A stretch of DNA of 32,000 bases from Acaryochloris thomasi RCC1774 (GTDB lineage Bacteria; Cyanobacteriota; Cyanobacteriia; Thermosynechococcales; Thermosynechococcaceae), in the NCBI RefSeq assembly GCF_003231495.1, contig NZ_PQWO01000013.1:30001-62000 (forward strand). The letters are read 5' to 3'. The notes beneath the pieces were generated by a model that saw only the letters and a list, made by a program, of their open reading frames with translations, had not been told where the DNA came from and ran no database searches. Below, piece after piece: positions 1 through 8,577 of this stretch (the first letter of the stretch is position 1; each line of letters opens with the position of its first letter). The translations under genes and the position numbers were made by a program.

Positions 1-150
1 GCACCGTTCAGTAAACCCTCAAGGTTTCTCTTAAAGTCTCTCTTTGGCAATGATGCCTAAAGGCGGGGGACATTGTTACAGTCAGAAATCTTGGGGGATT
101 ACTCCAATGCTGGCATCATAGAAGATGGTCTCAAGTTAGCTGGCGAGAGG

Positions 151-603
151 ATGACCATCTTTTTCTATAAGGTCACTGATCCCTACGGGTGCTTCTCCAA
201 TTTCTCGCTGCACAGCGTTCATCTGCAGGGGCACGATTGGCCCACATCAGAGCATTTCTATCAGGCGCAAAAGTATCGGGATGTTGATCAAGCACTTTGC
301 GATCGCATCAGACAAACCCCCACGCCAGAAGAGGCAGCAGCCCTCGGTCGCGGATCCCAGGTACCACTGCGCCCAGACTGGGAAAAGATTAAGCCCAAGA
401 TCATGTACGAAGTAGTCCGAGAGAAGTTTTCGACCCATGCCGATATCCGAGCCATTTTGTTAGCTACAGGTGAAGAATTGATCGTGGAAGATTCACCCAG
501 AGATGCCTACTGGGGATGTGGTTTAGACGGTACGGGACAGAATCAACTGGGGAAAGTTTTGATGCAGGTCCGTCAAGAATTGCGAGCCAAGACGGCAACC
601 TAA
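151..603 (+). CDS. NADAR / YbiA-like (DUF1768) family protein
   Basis: The ORF runs 73-603. An internal ATG at 151 is preceded by GAGAGG, and the family-typical N-terminus MTIFFYK begins there. Motifs seen: PYGCFSNFS, EHFYQAQKY, DSPRDAYWGCG. Confidence 0.8.
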   Translation: MTIFFYKVTDPYGCFSNFSLHSVHLQGHDWPTSEHFYQAQKYRDVDQALCDRIRQTPTPEEAAALGRGSQVPLRPDWEKIKPKIMYEVVREKFSTHADIRAILLATGEELIVEDSPRDAYWGCGLDGTGQNQLGKVLMQVRQELRAKTAT

Positions 604-619
604 CGGTCTGCCTTCTGTA

Positions 620-2407
620 CTATTCTTCAGATTGGCTGCGTCGCCCTAAATCTTGCCAAGTGCTGCCCACGCCCTGCAAAATGCCGCGACCAATCAGTCC
701 TAAACCACGCCCCACAACCTGAGTTAAGACGTATACAACACCTCGGCCTACAACGGTGAAGGTGGCCTGCAGAGGAGGTGCGATCGCATCTCTCGTCTCC
801 AGCGCCAGAGTCACTATAAACGGCAGTCCCGAAAGCTTCTGCAGTTCTGCATCACGGGTCGCATAGATTTCCGCTTTTCTTAGCCCCGTCTCTCCCAACA
901 CAATTAGCGGGAACTGACTTTCAAACATATTCTTCGGTTCATACACCATCCGCCGCAGCCGATACTTCCAGGACAGCGCATTGCGGAACCGCTCAATGTC
1001 GCGGGTCGATAAAAGTCGTCGATCATAAAAGCGCTGCTTAATCACCTCAGTGGTGGCAAAGTGATTGAGCAGCGGCTGCATCACTGCATTGGCAAGCTGC
1101 ACCAGCAGATTTTCTAGCAAAGCCTGGGCCTGGAACATCGCTTCAGGCGACCCCACCGCACAGGGACCGTTATTGACCAGCAAAGGGATCTGAAACAGCA
1201 GGTGGTTCAGTAGCTCCGTCACCTGAGGAATCGGGTCCAAAATCTCGCGGATCACCAGCTCCCGATCTTCGAGTAGGGTACTCACCATTTCCACCTCTGC
1301 CGCATCGGCCTGAGGTAAAGTCAAATACTTGCCAAAGTAATCCGTAATTGTGGCCTGCCAGAGATCGATTAGAAGATGCGATCTCTTCTCTAGTAGCTGT
1401 ACTTGGGACACCTGCGAAAACCTAAGGTCATCGAGCAGATCCTCAAACCGCTTCAAAATCAGCACAAACAGCTCTTGTTTCTTTGGCCGATTGAGAATAT
1501 CAATCTCTAACGGATCTCGGGTTTGATTCTCCAGGCTCGTAGATAGCTTGGCAAAAACGCCATCCAGAAGCAGGGTCTTGATCGTATCGAATTGCGGATT
1601 CGGCAAAGCGTTAAGATCACGACGCGCGAGGGGCGCATCACTCTTCGGCGACACCGGAGACTTCACCGTCGGCGGAGGCTGCTGCGGCTTAGCCACCGGA
1701 AGGCGACGAACCACCCACTGAGCCGCCCGCACTTCCCGTTCACGTCCGGTCAGAACCTGGCGCTCTAACCAAGACAAATTTGGGTTGCGAAGCTGATTTT
1801 CAAGATCTGTGAGGCGGGTCGATATTTGCTTTAAGCCAGAGGTGCGAGCAGACTGTCGAAGACTGGCAAAGGCACTCCAGCGCTTTTTCTCAGCCGGAGT
1901 CGGGGCAGAAACCATCGCCAACTGAGCGATCGCACTCGGCTCCCAACTTGTCTCTCCGGTCAGAATTGCTTGCATAACCTCCACTAGCTTTTCCAAGGGC
2001 GTTCCCTTCAGCCAATAGCCTTCAATGCCAAGCTGACGGACCTCTCTTAGCCCGGTCAGTTGGGCCGTCAAAATTAAGATCGGCAGCGTTGGGTAACGAG
2101 ATCGCAGTTGCTCACAGAGCAAGGTGCCTGCATCCTGCTCAAGATTGAGGTCTAAGACCACGAGATTGACTCGCCCTAGCATCGGTTCATCCATCCTCGA
2201 TGGATCCCAACGAAGTGAATCATCGAGGATGAGCTGTGGCAAAAGTTCAAAGACACTGCGCGGACTCGCCGCTTCAGCCACCACCTCCACCTGTGGGAAC
2301 GACGCTAACCCCGTTTTAAATCCCAATCGAAAAACTGGGTCAGAGTCCACCAGCAAAAGCTGAAAACTCTGGTCTAAGCTGGATTGGAGATTGGGCAGAG
2401 AATCCAT
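620..2407 (-). CDS. Response-regulator receiver domain protein with long C-terminal DUF3685/Ycf55-like region
   Basis: 595-aa ORF. The N-terminus is CheY-like (LLVDSDP, NLVVLDLNL, ILILTAQ, GYWLKG). The following helical region resembles the cyanobacterial DUF3685 family (from memory). The C-terminal tail is Gly-rich and hydrophobic. Confidence 0.72.
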   Translation of the reverse strand: MDSLPNLQSSLDQSFQLLLVDSDPVFRLGFKTGLASFPQVEVVAEAASPRSVFELLPQLILDDSLRWDPSRMDEPMLGRVNLVVLDLNLEQDAGTLLCEQLRSRYPTLPILILTAQLTGLREVRQLGIEGYWLKGTPLEKLVEVMQAILTGETSWEPSAIAQLAMVSAPTPAEKKRWSAFASLRQSARTSGLKQISTRLTDLENQLRNPNLSWLERQVLTGREREVRAAQWVVRRLPVAKPQQPPPTVKSPVSPKSDAPLARRDLNALPNPQFDTIKTLLLDGVFAKLSTSLENQTRDPLEIDILNRPKKQELFVLILKRFEDLLDDLRFSQVSQVQLLEKRSHLLIDLWQATITDYFGKYLTLPQADAAEVEMVSTLLEDRELVIREILDPIPQVTELLNHLLFQIPLLVNNGPCAVGSPEAMFQAQALLENLLVQLANAVMQPLLNHFATTEVIKQRFYDRRLLSTRDIERFRNALSWKYRLRRMVYEPKNMFESQFPLIVLGETGLRKAEIYATRDAELQKLSGLPFIVTLALETRDAIAPPLQATFTVVGRGVVYVLTQVVGRGLGLIGRGILQGVGSTWQDLGRRSQSEE

Positions 2408-2506
2408 GGTGATCGGCTAGCGGGTTAAGCCCATATCAATCGGCAGATAGAGCATGCTTAGCTGAGGATAGTGTACTTTTAGAAAGTTGGGTAGAAAAAT
2501 ACTGCC

Positions 2507-3214
2507 GTGGTCCCTCTGAACGATAACAATCCCACGCGGACGGTGCCCTATGTCACCTACGTGTTTATTGCTCTCAATGTCTCAATTTTTCTGTACGAAG
2601 CCAGCCTTGGCCCTAATCTTGAGGCTTTTTTTCGTACCTGGGCCGTCATTCCCCGCGCACTAACCTTCAGCTTTGCCGGTGAACCCACAGGACTCCCTGT
2701 TGCCCCCCCCCTCACGTTAATTACATCACAGTTCCTCCATGGTGGACTGCTGCACTTGGGGGGCAACATGCTGTTCCTATGGATCTTCGGCAATAATGTT
2801 GAAGATAAGCTAGGGCATATTAAGTTCGTGCTGTTTTACCTGACCTGCGGAGTCTTGGCTGCCTTGTCTCAGTGGTACTTCAGCATGGATTCTCTTGTTC
2901 CGTCTCTAGGTGCCAGTGGTGCGATTGCAGGGGTGATGGGCGCCTACATTCTGCGGTTTCCCCGCGCTGAAATCACGACACTGATTCCCCTGGGTATTTT
3001 CCCCTGGACCGTGAGGATTCCGGCCGTCTTTTTCTTGGGGTTTTGGTTTGTGCAGCAGACCTTCAGCGGCCTGATGAGTCTTGAAGCGCCGATGGATGTT
3101 ACCAGCGGCGGCGGCGGAATCGCCTACTGGGCCCATGCCGGAGGTTTTCTCTTTGGAGCCGTATTAGGCCCGGTTCTGGGTCTGTTCGCAGATCGATCTG
3201 AAGAAATTTATTAA
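2507..3214 (+). CDS. Rhomboid-family intramembrane serine protease
   Basis: GTG start. The protein is multi-TM with HGGLLHLGGNMLFLWIFG, the catalytic-serine motif GASGAIAGVMGAY and a downstream AHAGGF. Confidence 0.85.
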   Translation: MVPLNDNNPTRTVPYVTYVFIALNVSIFLYEASLGPNLEAFFRTWAVIPRALTFSFAGEPTGLPVAPPLTLITSQFLHGGLLHLGGNMLFLWIFGNNVEDKLGHIKFVLFYLTCGVLAALSQWYFSMDSLVPSLGASGAIAGVMGAYILRFPRAEITTLIPLGIFPWTVRIPAVFFLGFWFVQQTFSGLMSLEAPMDVTSGGGGIAYWAHAGGFLFGAVLGPVLGLFADRSEEIY

Positions 3215-3231
3215 CCTAATCTCATTGCTAG

Positions 3232-3732
3232 ATGAGACGCTTTTACCCCTGCAGAGATTGCTTAATGGACAATGCCACCACGAGTCGCCTGTTAGAAAAT
3301 CTCAAGAATTCAGATCCTCAGGTCCGCGACCAAGCCACTCACGAACTGTGGGAAAGCTGGTTCTGGCAGAAAGGGTTGAGCGGACTCAAGCGACTACAGC
3401 GAAGTCAGGACTTGCTAGATGCGGGCAAGCTTGAAGCCGCGAAATCAATTTTGAATGATTTGATAGAGCGCCAGCCAGACTTTGCCGAAGCGTGGAATCG
3501 ACGAGCGGTACTTCACTACACCCAAAAAAACTTCGATCAGGCTCGCCAAGACTGTGAAGCCGTGCTGAATTTGGTGCCGTTCCATTTCGGGGCGCTGCAT
3601 GGCATGGGGTTGTGCTACGCATCTTTAGGGAAATATCGAGAAGCAATCCACGCCTTTAAAGCTGCACTGGATGTTCAGCCGCATGCTTTGATCAATCAAA
3701 AGCTGCTGCTAGAGTGCTCAACAAAGCTGTAG
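3232..3732 (+). CDS. TPR-repeat protein
   Basis: 166-aa ORF with TPR-like helical repeats (AWNRRAVLHYTQKNFDQARQDCEAVL; GMGLCYASLGKYREAIHAFKAAL). An alternative start at M12 (3265) is possible. Confidence 0.65.
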   Translation: MRRFYPCRDCLMDNATTSRLLENLKNSDPQVRDQATHELWESWFWQKGLSGLKRLQRSQDLLDAGKLEAAKSILNDLIERQPDFAEAWNRRAVLHYTQKNFDQARQDCEAVLNLVPFHFGALHGMGLCYASLGKYREAIHAFKAALDVQPHALINQKLLLECSTKL

Positions 3733-3746
3733 CTTCCCTTATCGAT

Positions 3747-4616
3747 ATGACTGCACTAAAGCCCTGGGTTCTTCGCGATCGCAACTTTATTTGGGGCCAA
3801 AGAACCTACCTGATGGGGATTTTGAACGTCACGCCTGATAGCTTTAGCGATGGCGGCCAGTTTAATTCCGTTGAAGCGGCTCTAAAGCAGGCAAAGGATC
3901 TTGCAGCGGTTGTCGATATTATTGATATCGGCGGCCAGTCCACTCGCCCTCAGGCGGTTGAGATTGATCTAAAGACAGAATTAGAACGCGTCATTCCCGT
4001 AGTCGAGGCGGTTCGCAAAGAGCTAACGATTCCGATTTCTATTGATACGACTCGAGCGGAGGTGGCTAGGGTTGCGATCGCATCCGGGGCCGACCTGATC
4101 AACGATGTCTCTGGGGGCACCTACGACTCGCAAATGTTTGCCACTGCAGCTCAGCTCAAAGTGCCCATCATCCTGATGCATTTGCGGGGCACCTCCCAAA
4201 CCATGCAGCAGCTTACCGACTACAACGATCTGCTCAGCGATATCAGCAAGGCCCTAGAACAGCAGATTGCCGCTGCGGTTGAAGCAGGCGTTGATCGCTC
4301 AGCTATCGCATTGGATCCCGGCATCGGCTTTGCCAAAACTGGCCCTCAAAACATAGAGATTCTTCGGCGTCTCCAAGATTTTCAACGCCTCGGATGTCCC
4401 ATACTGGTTGGCCCTTCTCGTAAAAGCTTTATTGGCCATATCCTCGACAAAGATAGTCCCCAAGAGCGAGTGTGGGGCACCGCCGCCGCCTGCTGCAGTG
4501 CCATTGCCGGCCGAGCTGACATTCTGCGCATCCATGACGGTGCCGAGATAGCAGATGTCTGTCGCGTCGCAGATGCAATTTGGCGAACGTCACCGGAAGA
4601 GTCTTTGTTACAATAG
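3747..4616 (+). CDS. folP: Dihydropteroate synthase
   Basis: Motifs seen: MGILNVTPDSFSDGG, IIDIGGQSTRP, ISIDT, DLINDVSGG, DPGIGFAKT, GPSRKSF. I prefer the ATG at 3747, which avoids overlap with the upstream TPR gene, over 3714. Confidence 0.9.
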   Translation: MTALKPWVLRDRNFIWGQRTYLMGILNVTPDSFSDGGQFNSVEAALKQAKDLAAVVDIIDIGGQSTRPQAVEIDLKTELERVIPVVEAVRKELTIPISIDTTRAEVARVAIASGADLINDVSGGTYDSQMFATAAQLKVPIILMHLRGTSQTMQQLTDYNDLLSDISKALEQQIAAAVEAGVDRSAIALDPGIGFAKTGPQNIEILRRLQDFQRLGCPILVGPSRKSFIGHILDKDSPQERVWGTAAACCSAIAGRADILRIHDGAEIADVCRVADAIWRTSPEESLLQ

Positions 4617-4652
4617 TTAAAGTTTTTTAATCAAACCCTACTTTCATCAGCT

Positions 4653-4817
4653 ATGACTGAACCCAGCCGCATCCCCAAAGTGTCCCAATCTCGCTTTGGC
4701 TTCAATCGATTCGTTGAACGTCTCAATTCTCGGGTTGCCATGATGGCCTTTATCGGTGCTATCGTGCTAGAAATCGTAACCGGACAGGGCGTGCTAACCT
4801 GGCTGGGACTGCGCTAG
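4653..4817 (+). CDS. hli: High-light-inducible protein (one-helix CAB/ELIP/HLIP family)
   Basis: 54-aa ORF found by hand; it falls below the ORF-track length cutoff. Sequence: MTEPSRIPKVSQSRFGFNRFVERLNSRVAMMAFIGAIVLEIVTGQGVLTWLGLR. It contains the chlorophyll-binding ExxN(G/S)RxAMxxF motif and a single TM helix. Confidence 0.8.
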   Translation: MTEPSRIPKVSQSRFGFNRFVERLNSRVAMMAFIGAIVLEIVTGQGVLTWLGLR

Positions 4818-4832
4818 AAGGGACAATCAACC

Positions 4833-5333
4833 ATGCTGAAGAGTCTGACATTGGGGGCAGCGCTGTTATTGACGTGGGCACCCAGCCAGCCAGCGGCAGA
4901 AGCTTCAACAGCTTTGCTCAGGCAAGAGCAGCCCTTGCAGCTTGCCAAAAAGAAGAAAAAACCTGCTGACGTCGTGGTAATCGAGGCTGAAGTCACAGAA
5001 GAAGACATTGCCGGAACGCAGTATTACACGTTGTCAGGCAGCTTGAAGAATCGATCCGATGAGCCTGTGTTGAACCCACTGGTGTATTACGAAGTGTACG
5101 CAGAAGATACCGAGCAGATTGTAGCGGGCGGGTCGCTCTTGGTGCAGCCGTCCGTGATCCCAGGGAACGGGGAAGCCACGTTTAAAACCGACCTCAATTT
5201 CGGGGGGCGGGTCAGGATCACCCTCGTTCAATGGTTGACCCGTGAACGCGAGCCCAAGTCAAACGACCAGCGAGAGTTTTTCCCAAAAATTACGGATGAC
5301 ACTTCTGCAGACATTCCTGCAGAGGAAAAATAA
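4833..5333 (+). CDS. Exported hypothetical protein (signal peptide, Lys-rich linker, beta-rich domain)
   Basis: N-terminal signal-like MLKSLTLGAALLLTWAPSQPAAEA, then a KKKKKP stretch, then a beta-sandwich-like core. I do not confidently recognise a family. Confidence 0.55.
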   Translation: MLKSLTLGAALLLTWAPSQPAAEASTALLRQEQPLQLAKKKKKPADVVVIEAEVTEEDIAGTQYYTLSGSLKNRSDEPVLNPLVYYEVYAEDTEQIVAGGSLLVQPSVIPGNGEATFKTDLNFGGRVRITLVQWLTREREPKSNDQREFFPKITDDTSADIPAEEK

Positions 5334-5418
5334 ACGCCACAGGAACTTAATTCTGTGAACCGTAAAATTACGGAGGTCGCTCCCCTATCTCTAGACGATA
5401 CTGGTATTTAGACAAAAT

Positions 5419-5814
5419 TTGCAGTACCAGCGTCGAAGAACAGGGAGCGCCAGAGTGTCATTTTATCAACCTCAAACCTACACCAATGTCACGGAAATAT
5501 TGGTGAAAGCAGAGGTTCAGAAACAAACGGCAAATTTCAATGCGGATTGGGCTGAACACATGAGCATTCATGAGGTGATTGCCTACGCACTCAATCGATT
5601 ACCGTCCAGATATGCCACCAGTCAAGAAGGGTTCTATCGACTCAAGCAGCTTGTTGAGCAGAAAATAGGACCACAAATACAGGCAGTGGTTGCCCAAGCA
5701 CTCAAGGTTGTAAACGATCAGCCAACGCGTTTGACAACCCCCCTACGTCCGCTAGAGGAGATTGCGGCTGAGGAGGAAATTGCCAAGCTGGCACTGGATG
5801 CTTTGAGTGTCTAG
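5419..5814 (+). CDS. ComFB-family protein (late competence development protein ComFB-like)
   Basis: The N-terminus NVTEILVKAEV...IHEVIAYALNRLPSRYATSQEGF is typical of ComFB domains. No ATG precedes the domain, so the start must be TTG 5419 or GTG 5455. Confidence 0.68.
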   Translation: MQYQRRRTGSARVSFYQPQTYTNVTEILVKAEVQKQTANFNADWAEHMSIHEVIAYALNRLPSRYATSQEGFYRLKQLVEQKIGPQIQAVVAQALKVVNDQPTRLTTPLRPLEEIAAEEEIAKLALDALSV

Positions 5815-5846
5815 AGTCAGATTGCTTGCTCAAGACTGCCGGGACA

Positions 5847-5881
5847 GCATCTTTTGAACCACAGCTTGGTGCAAAAGATGC
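5847..5881 (+). terminator. Stem-loop downstream of the ComFB-like gene (possible terminator or RNA-stabilising hairpin)
   Basis: GCATCTTTTG pairs with CAAAAGATGC as a perfect 10-bp stem. A further 4 bp (ACCA/TGGT) lie inside the stem and leave a 5-nt loop. It begins 33 nt after the stop codon and has no U-tract. Confidence 0.35.
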
Positions 5882-6118
5882 GACCATCTCGGGTCCAACC
5901 TCCGAGAAGAGAGCGGAGTCCGATAGCCGTCCGCTCCCTATGTCAGCAGCCATCGTCTTGAAACAGGCCCATGCTCTAGATCCCTGACGGCATCAACAAA
6001 CAACGTTGCCAACCAGCGCTAGCCGCCGGGAATTCTGCTATCTCTAGCTTCATCTCAGTGAACGCAGCCTAACCAGGCAACACTTCTGACCGGGCATCGC
6101 AATAGAATGTGATAATAT

Positions 6119-6132
6119 AGTACAGGTGTTCC
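6119..6132 (+). promoter_or_regulatory. Cyanobacterial LexA box (RGTACNNNDGTWCB)
   Basis: AGTACAGGTGTTCC matches every position of the cyanobacterial LexA-box consensus. It lies 77 nt upstream of the lexA ATG and abuts a -10-like GATAAT/TAATAT at 6111-6118. Confidence 0.6.
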
Positions 6133-6208
6133 AGAGCCTCTAAGCGCTGAGCCGCGCTGTAGCTGGGCATCCTGGTATTTATATTTAGTCTAGGTTCTAG
6201 CATTCATC

Positions 6209-6823
6209 ATGGCCTCTCTTACAACAGTGCAGCGGGAATTGTTTGATTGGCTGGTGGAGTACATTAGCCAACATCAACACTCGCCCTCCATTCGTCAGAT
6301 GATGGAGGCTATGCGCCTCAAGTCTCCGGCCCCCGTCCAAAGTCGCCTCGACCATCTGCGAAAAAAGGGCTACGTTGACTGGGAAGACGGACAGGCGAGG
6401 ACGCTGCGGATTGTTCATCCTGATTTTGTCTCGTCAGAGTCGGTGCCGGTTTTAGGTGCGATTGCAGCCGGGGGACTGATCGAAGCCTTCACTGAAGCTG
6501 ACGAACACCTCGATCTCAGCCAAAGCCTTTTTGCAACAAACTGCTATGCCTTACGCGTCAACGGCGACAGCATGATCGATGCCCACATCGCCGACGGCGA
6601 TCTGGTGGTCATGCAGCCCGTTAACGAACCGAGAAATCTCAAAAACGGCACGATTGTGGCAGCTCAAGTGGAGGGCGAAGGCACAACGCTGAAGCGCTTT
6701 TATCTCAAAGGCCAGCAGATCACGCTAGAAGCTGCCAATACCGCCTATGAGCCGATCAAAGTCCCTGCCCATCGCGTTAGCGTACAGGGATCGCTAGTGG
6801 GTGTTTGGCGAGACTATATCTAA
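6209..6823 (+). CDS. lexA: LexA repressor
   Basis: N-terminal winged helix (LTTVQRELFDWLVEYI...PSIRQMMEAM), the cleavage region LGAIAAGG, the catalytic Ser in VNGDSM and the catalytic Lys in TLKRF. Confidence 0.9.
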   Translation: MASLTTVQRELFDWLVEYISQHQHSPSIRQMMEAMRLKSPAPVQSRLDHLRKKGYVDWEDGQARTLRIVHPDFVSSESVPVLGAIAAGGLIEAFTEADEHLDLSQSLFATNCYALRVNGDSMIDAHIADGDLVVMQPVNEPRNLKNGTIVAAQVEGEGTTLKRFYLKGQQITLEAANTAYEPIKVPAHRVSVQGSLVGVWRDYI

Positions 6824-6838
6824 CTCGAATAGAAAGCT

Positions 6839-7606
6839 ATGCCGAAACATTCGTTAGGATTGCCTGCTAACTCTTGGCTTGTCGATGAACAAAGTGTCGA
6901 TATTACCCGCTCTCCCTTAACGCCACGTCCGGTTTCTTTGACCACTCAAACGAAGCAGTTGCGGCTGGACCTCACAAAGTCAGCACTAGTCGTAATTGAT
7001 ATGCAAAATGACTTCTGCCATCCCGACGGTTGGCTGGCTCACATTGGCGTTGATGTCACCCCTGCCCGTCAGCCGATTCAGCCACTGCAAAGCCTTTTAC
7101 CTCAGCTTCGTGCAGTTTCGATGCCAATTCTGTGGGTGAACTGGGGCAATCGCCCCGATTTGCTCAACATTAGTGCCGGTCTACGCCACGTTTACAATCC
7201 TTCGGGGACTGGCGTGGGCCTTGGAGATCCGCTGCCGAAGAATCAGGCCCCGGTATTGCAGAAAGGGAGCTGGGCAGCAGCCGTGGTAGATGAGCTACAG
7301 CCACAGCCGGAGGATGTTCAGGTTGATAAATTTCGCATGAGCGGTTTTTGGGATACGCCTTTAGACAGTATCTTGCGCAATCTAGGGCTAACAACGCTTT
7401 TCTTTAGTGGCGTCAATGCCGATCAGTGTGTGATGGCCACGCTCCAAGATGCCAACTTTTTGGGTTACGACTGTATTTTGCTGGCCGACTGTACGGCAAC
7501 GACTTCACCGGACTATTGCTGGCAGGCAACGGTGTATAACGTCAACCAGTGTTTTGGGTTTGTGAGTGATTCTGGAGAGCTGTTGCGATCGCTCTCAGAA
7601 GTGTAA
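6839..7606 (+). CDS. Isochorismatase-family cysteine hydrolase
   Basis: Motifs seen: ALVVIDMQNDFCHPDGW and FFSGVNADQCVMATLQDA (Asp/Lys/Cys triad context). It starts 15 nt after the lexA stop on the same strand. Confidence 0.82.
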   Translation: MPKHSLGLPANSWLVDEQSVDITRSPLTPRPVSLTTQTKQLRLDLTKSALVVIDMQNDFCHPDGWLAHIGVDVTPARQPIQPLQSLLPQLRAVSMPILWVNWGNRPDLLNISAGLRHVYNPSGTGVGLGDPLPKNQAPVLQKGSWAAAVVDELQPQPEDVQVDKFRMSGFWDTPLDSILRNLGLTTLFFSGVNADQCVMATLQDANFLGYDCILLADCTATTSPDYCWQATVYNVNQCFGFVSDSGELLRSLSEV

Positions 7607-7815
7607 CTCGCCCGAGCGTGGGTGATCGCTTAGCTCCTCTTTTGTTCACTGCAAAGATCCGTCATATTGCCTGTCTACAGTTAGCTCCCTAAGATAAGCC
7701 GCATTCCGATGTTGCGATTTCTGTTGTTGCTTTAGGTGAATCGTTCATGTCAAGAGTCTAAAAGCCAGCATAAAGTAGAGAATATAGCTGGGCGCAAAAT
7801 TTTTCCCTGCGCCTA

Positions 7816-8577
7816 TTGTATATATTGTCGAGGTTTTTGGTGGCTCACTCTTCTCTTTATACGTCGGCTGCTCAGAAAATTATTGTGCCACTGGATGTGG
7901 CGTCTGAAGAAGATGCGATCGCAACCCTAAACAAACTCCCCGAAGTTCAATTCTGGAAAGTGGGCCTAGAGCTATTCGTAAGCTGCGGTCCTTCTATTCT
8001 GGAACGTCTCAAAGAACAACAAAAGCGCATCTTCCTAGATCTCAAGTTCCACGACATCTCTAATACCGTGGCCGGAGCCTGTCGGGCAGCGGGGCGCTAT
8101 GGCGCTGATCTTTTGACCGTACATGCAACGGCAGGGCGAACGGCCCTCAAAGCTGCCGTGACAGCAGCTCAGGAAGGTGCGGCAGACTCTAAAGTCGAAC
8201 CGCCGAAAGTGATTGCCATTACCTTGCTCACCAGCCTATCGGCGCGCGATTTAGCCTTTGATCTCAAAATTCCGGTGGAGCTGCCGGAGTATGCGCTACA
8301 GATGGCACTGCTGGCCCAGGAATCAGGCTTAGCCGGAGCAGTATGCTCACCCCAGGAGGCAGAGCAACTGCGGCAGGTGTGCGGTGATGATTTTCTGCTG
8401 GTGTGTCCGGGTGTGCGCCCGCAGGGAGCGGCGAAGGGAGACCAGATGCGATCGCAAACCCCCACCCAAGCTATCCAAGCAGGAGCAAACTACCTTGTCA
8501 TTGGTCGTCCGATCACCACAGCCCCAGATCCGGCTCAAGCCTTTCAAACTATTTGCCAGGAGTTAGAAGGAATTTGA
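7816..8577 (+). CDS. pyrF: Orotidine 5'-phosphate decarboxylase
   Basis: Motifs seen: [46 protein letters not shown]. The start is uncertain: ATG 7816, TTG 7837 or GTG 7840. Confidence 0.9.
   Translation: MYILSRFLVAHSSLYTSAAQKIIVPLDVASEEDAIATLNKLPEVQFWKVGLELFVSCGPSILERLKEQQKRIFLDLKFHDISNTVAGACRAAGRYGADLLTVHATAGRTALKAAVTAAQEGAADSKVEPPKVIAITLLTSLSARDLAFDLKIPVELPEYALQMALLAQESGLAGAVCSPQEAEQLRQVCGDDFLLVCPGVRPQGAAKGDQMRSQTPTQAIQAGANYLVIGRPITTAPDPAQAFQTICQELEGI

Noticed and set aside
2124-2363. 79-aa plus-strand ORF and similar shadow ORFs (e.g. 247-438, 2557-2793, 12283-12559, 16228-16621, 18416-18797, 26176-26472, 28243-28668)
   Set aside because: Each is nested antisense or out of frame within a long, motif-supported gene. 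None has a recognisable motif.
8403-8576. 5' extension of ORF 8403-9143 (and ORF 8384-8566) inside pyrF
   Set aside because: It lies entirely within the well-supported pyrF frame. The ATG at 8577, overlapping the pyrF stop, gives a sensible signal-peptide N-terminus.
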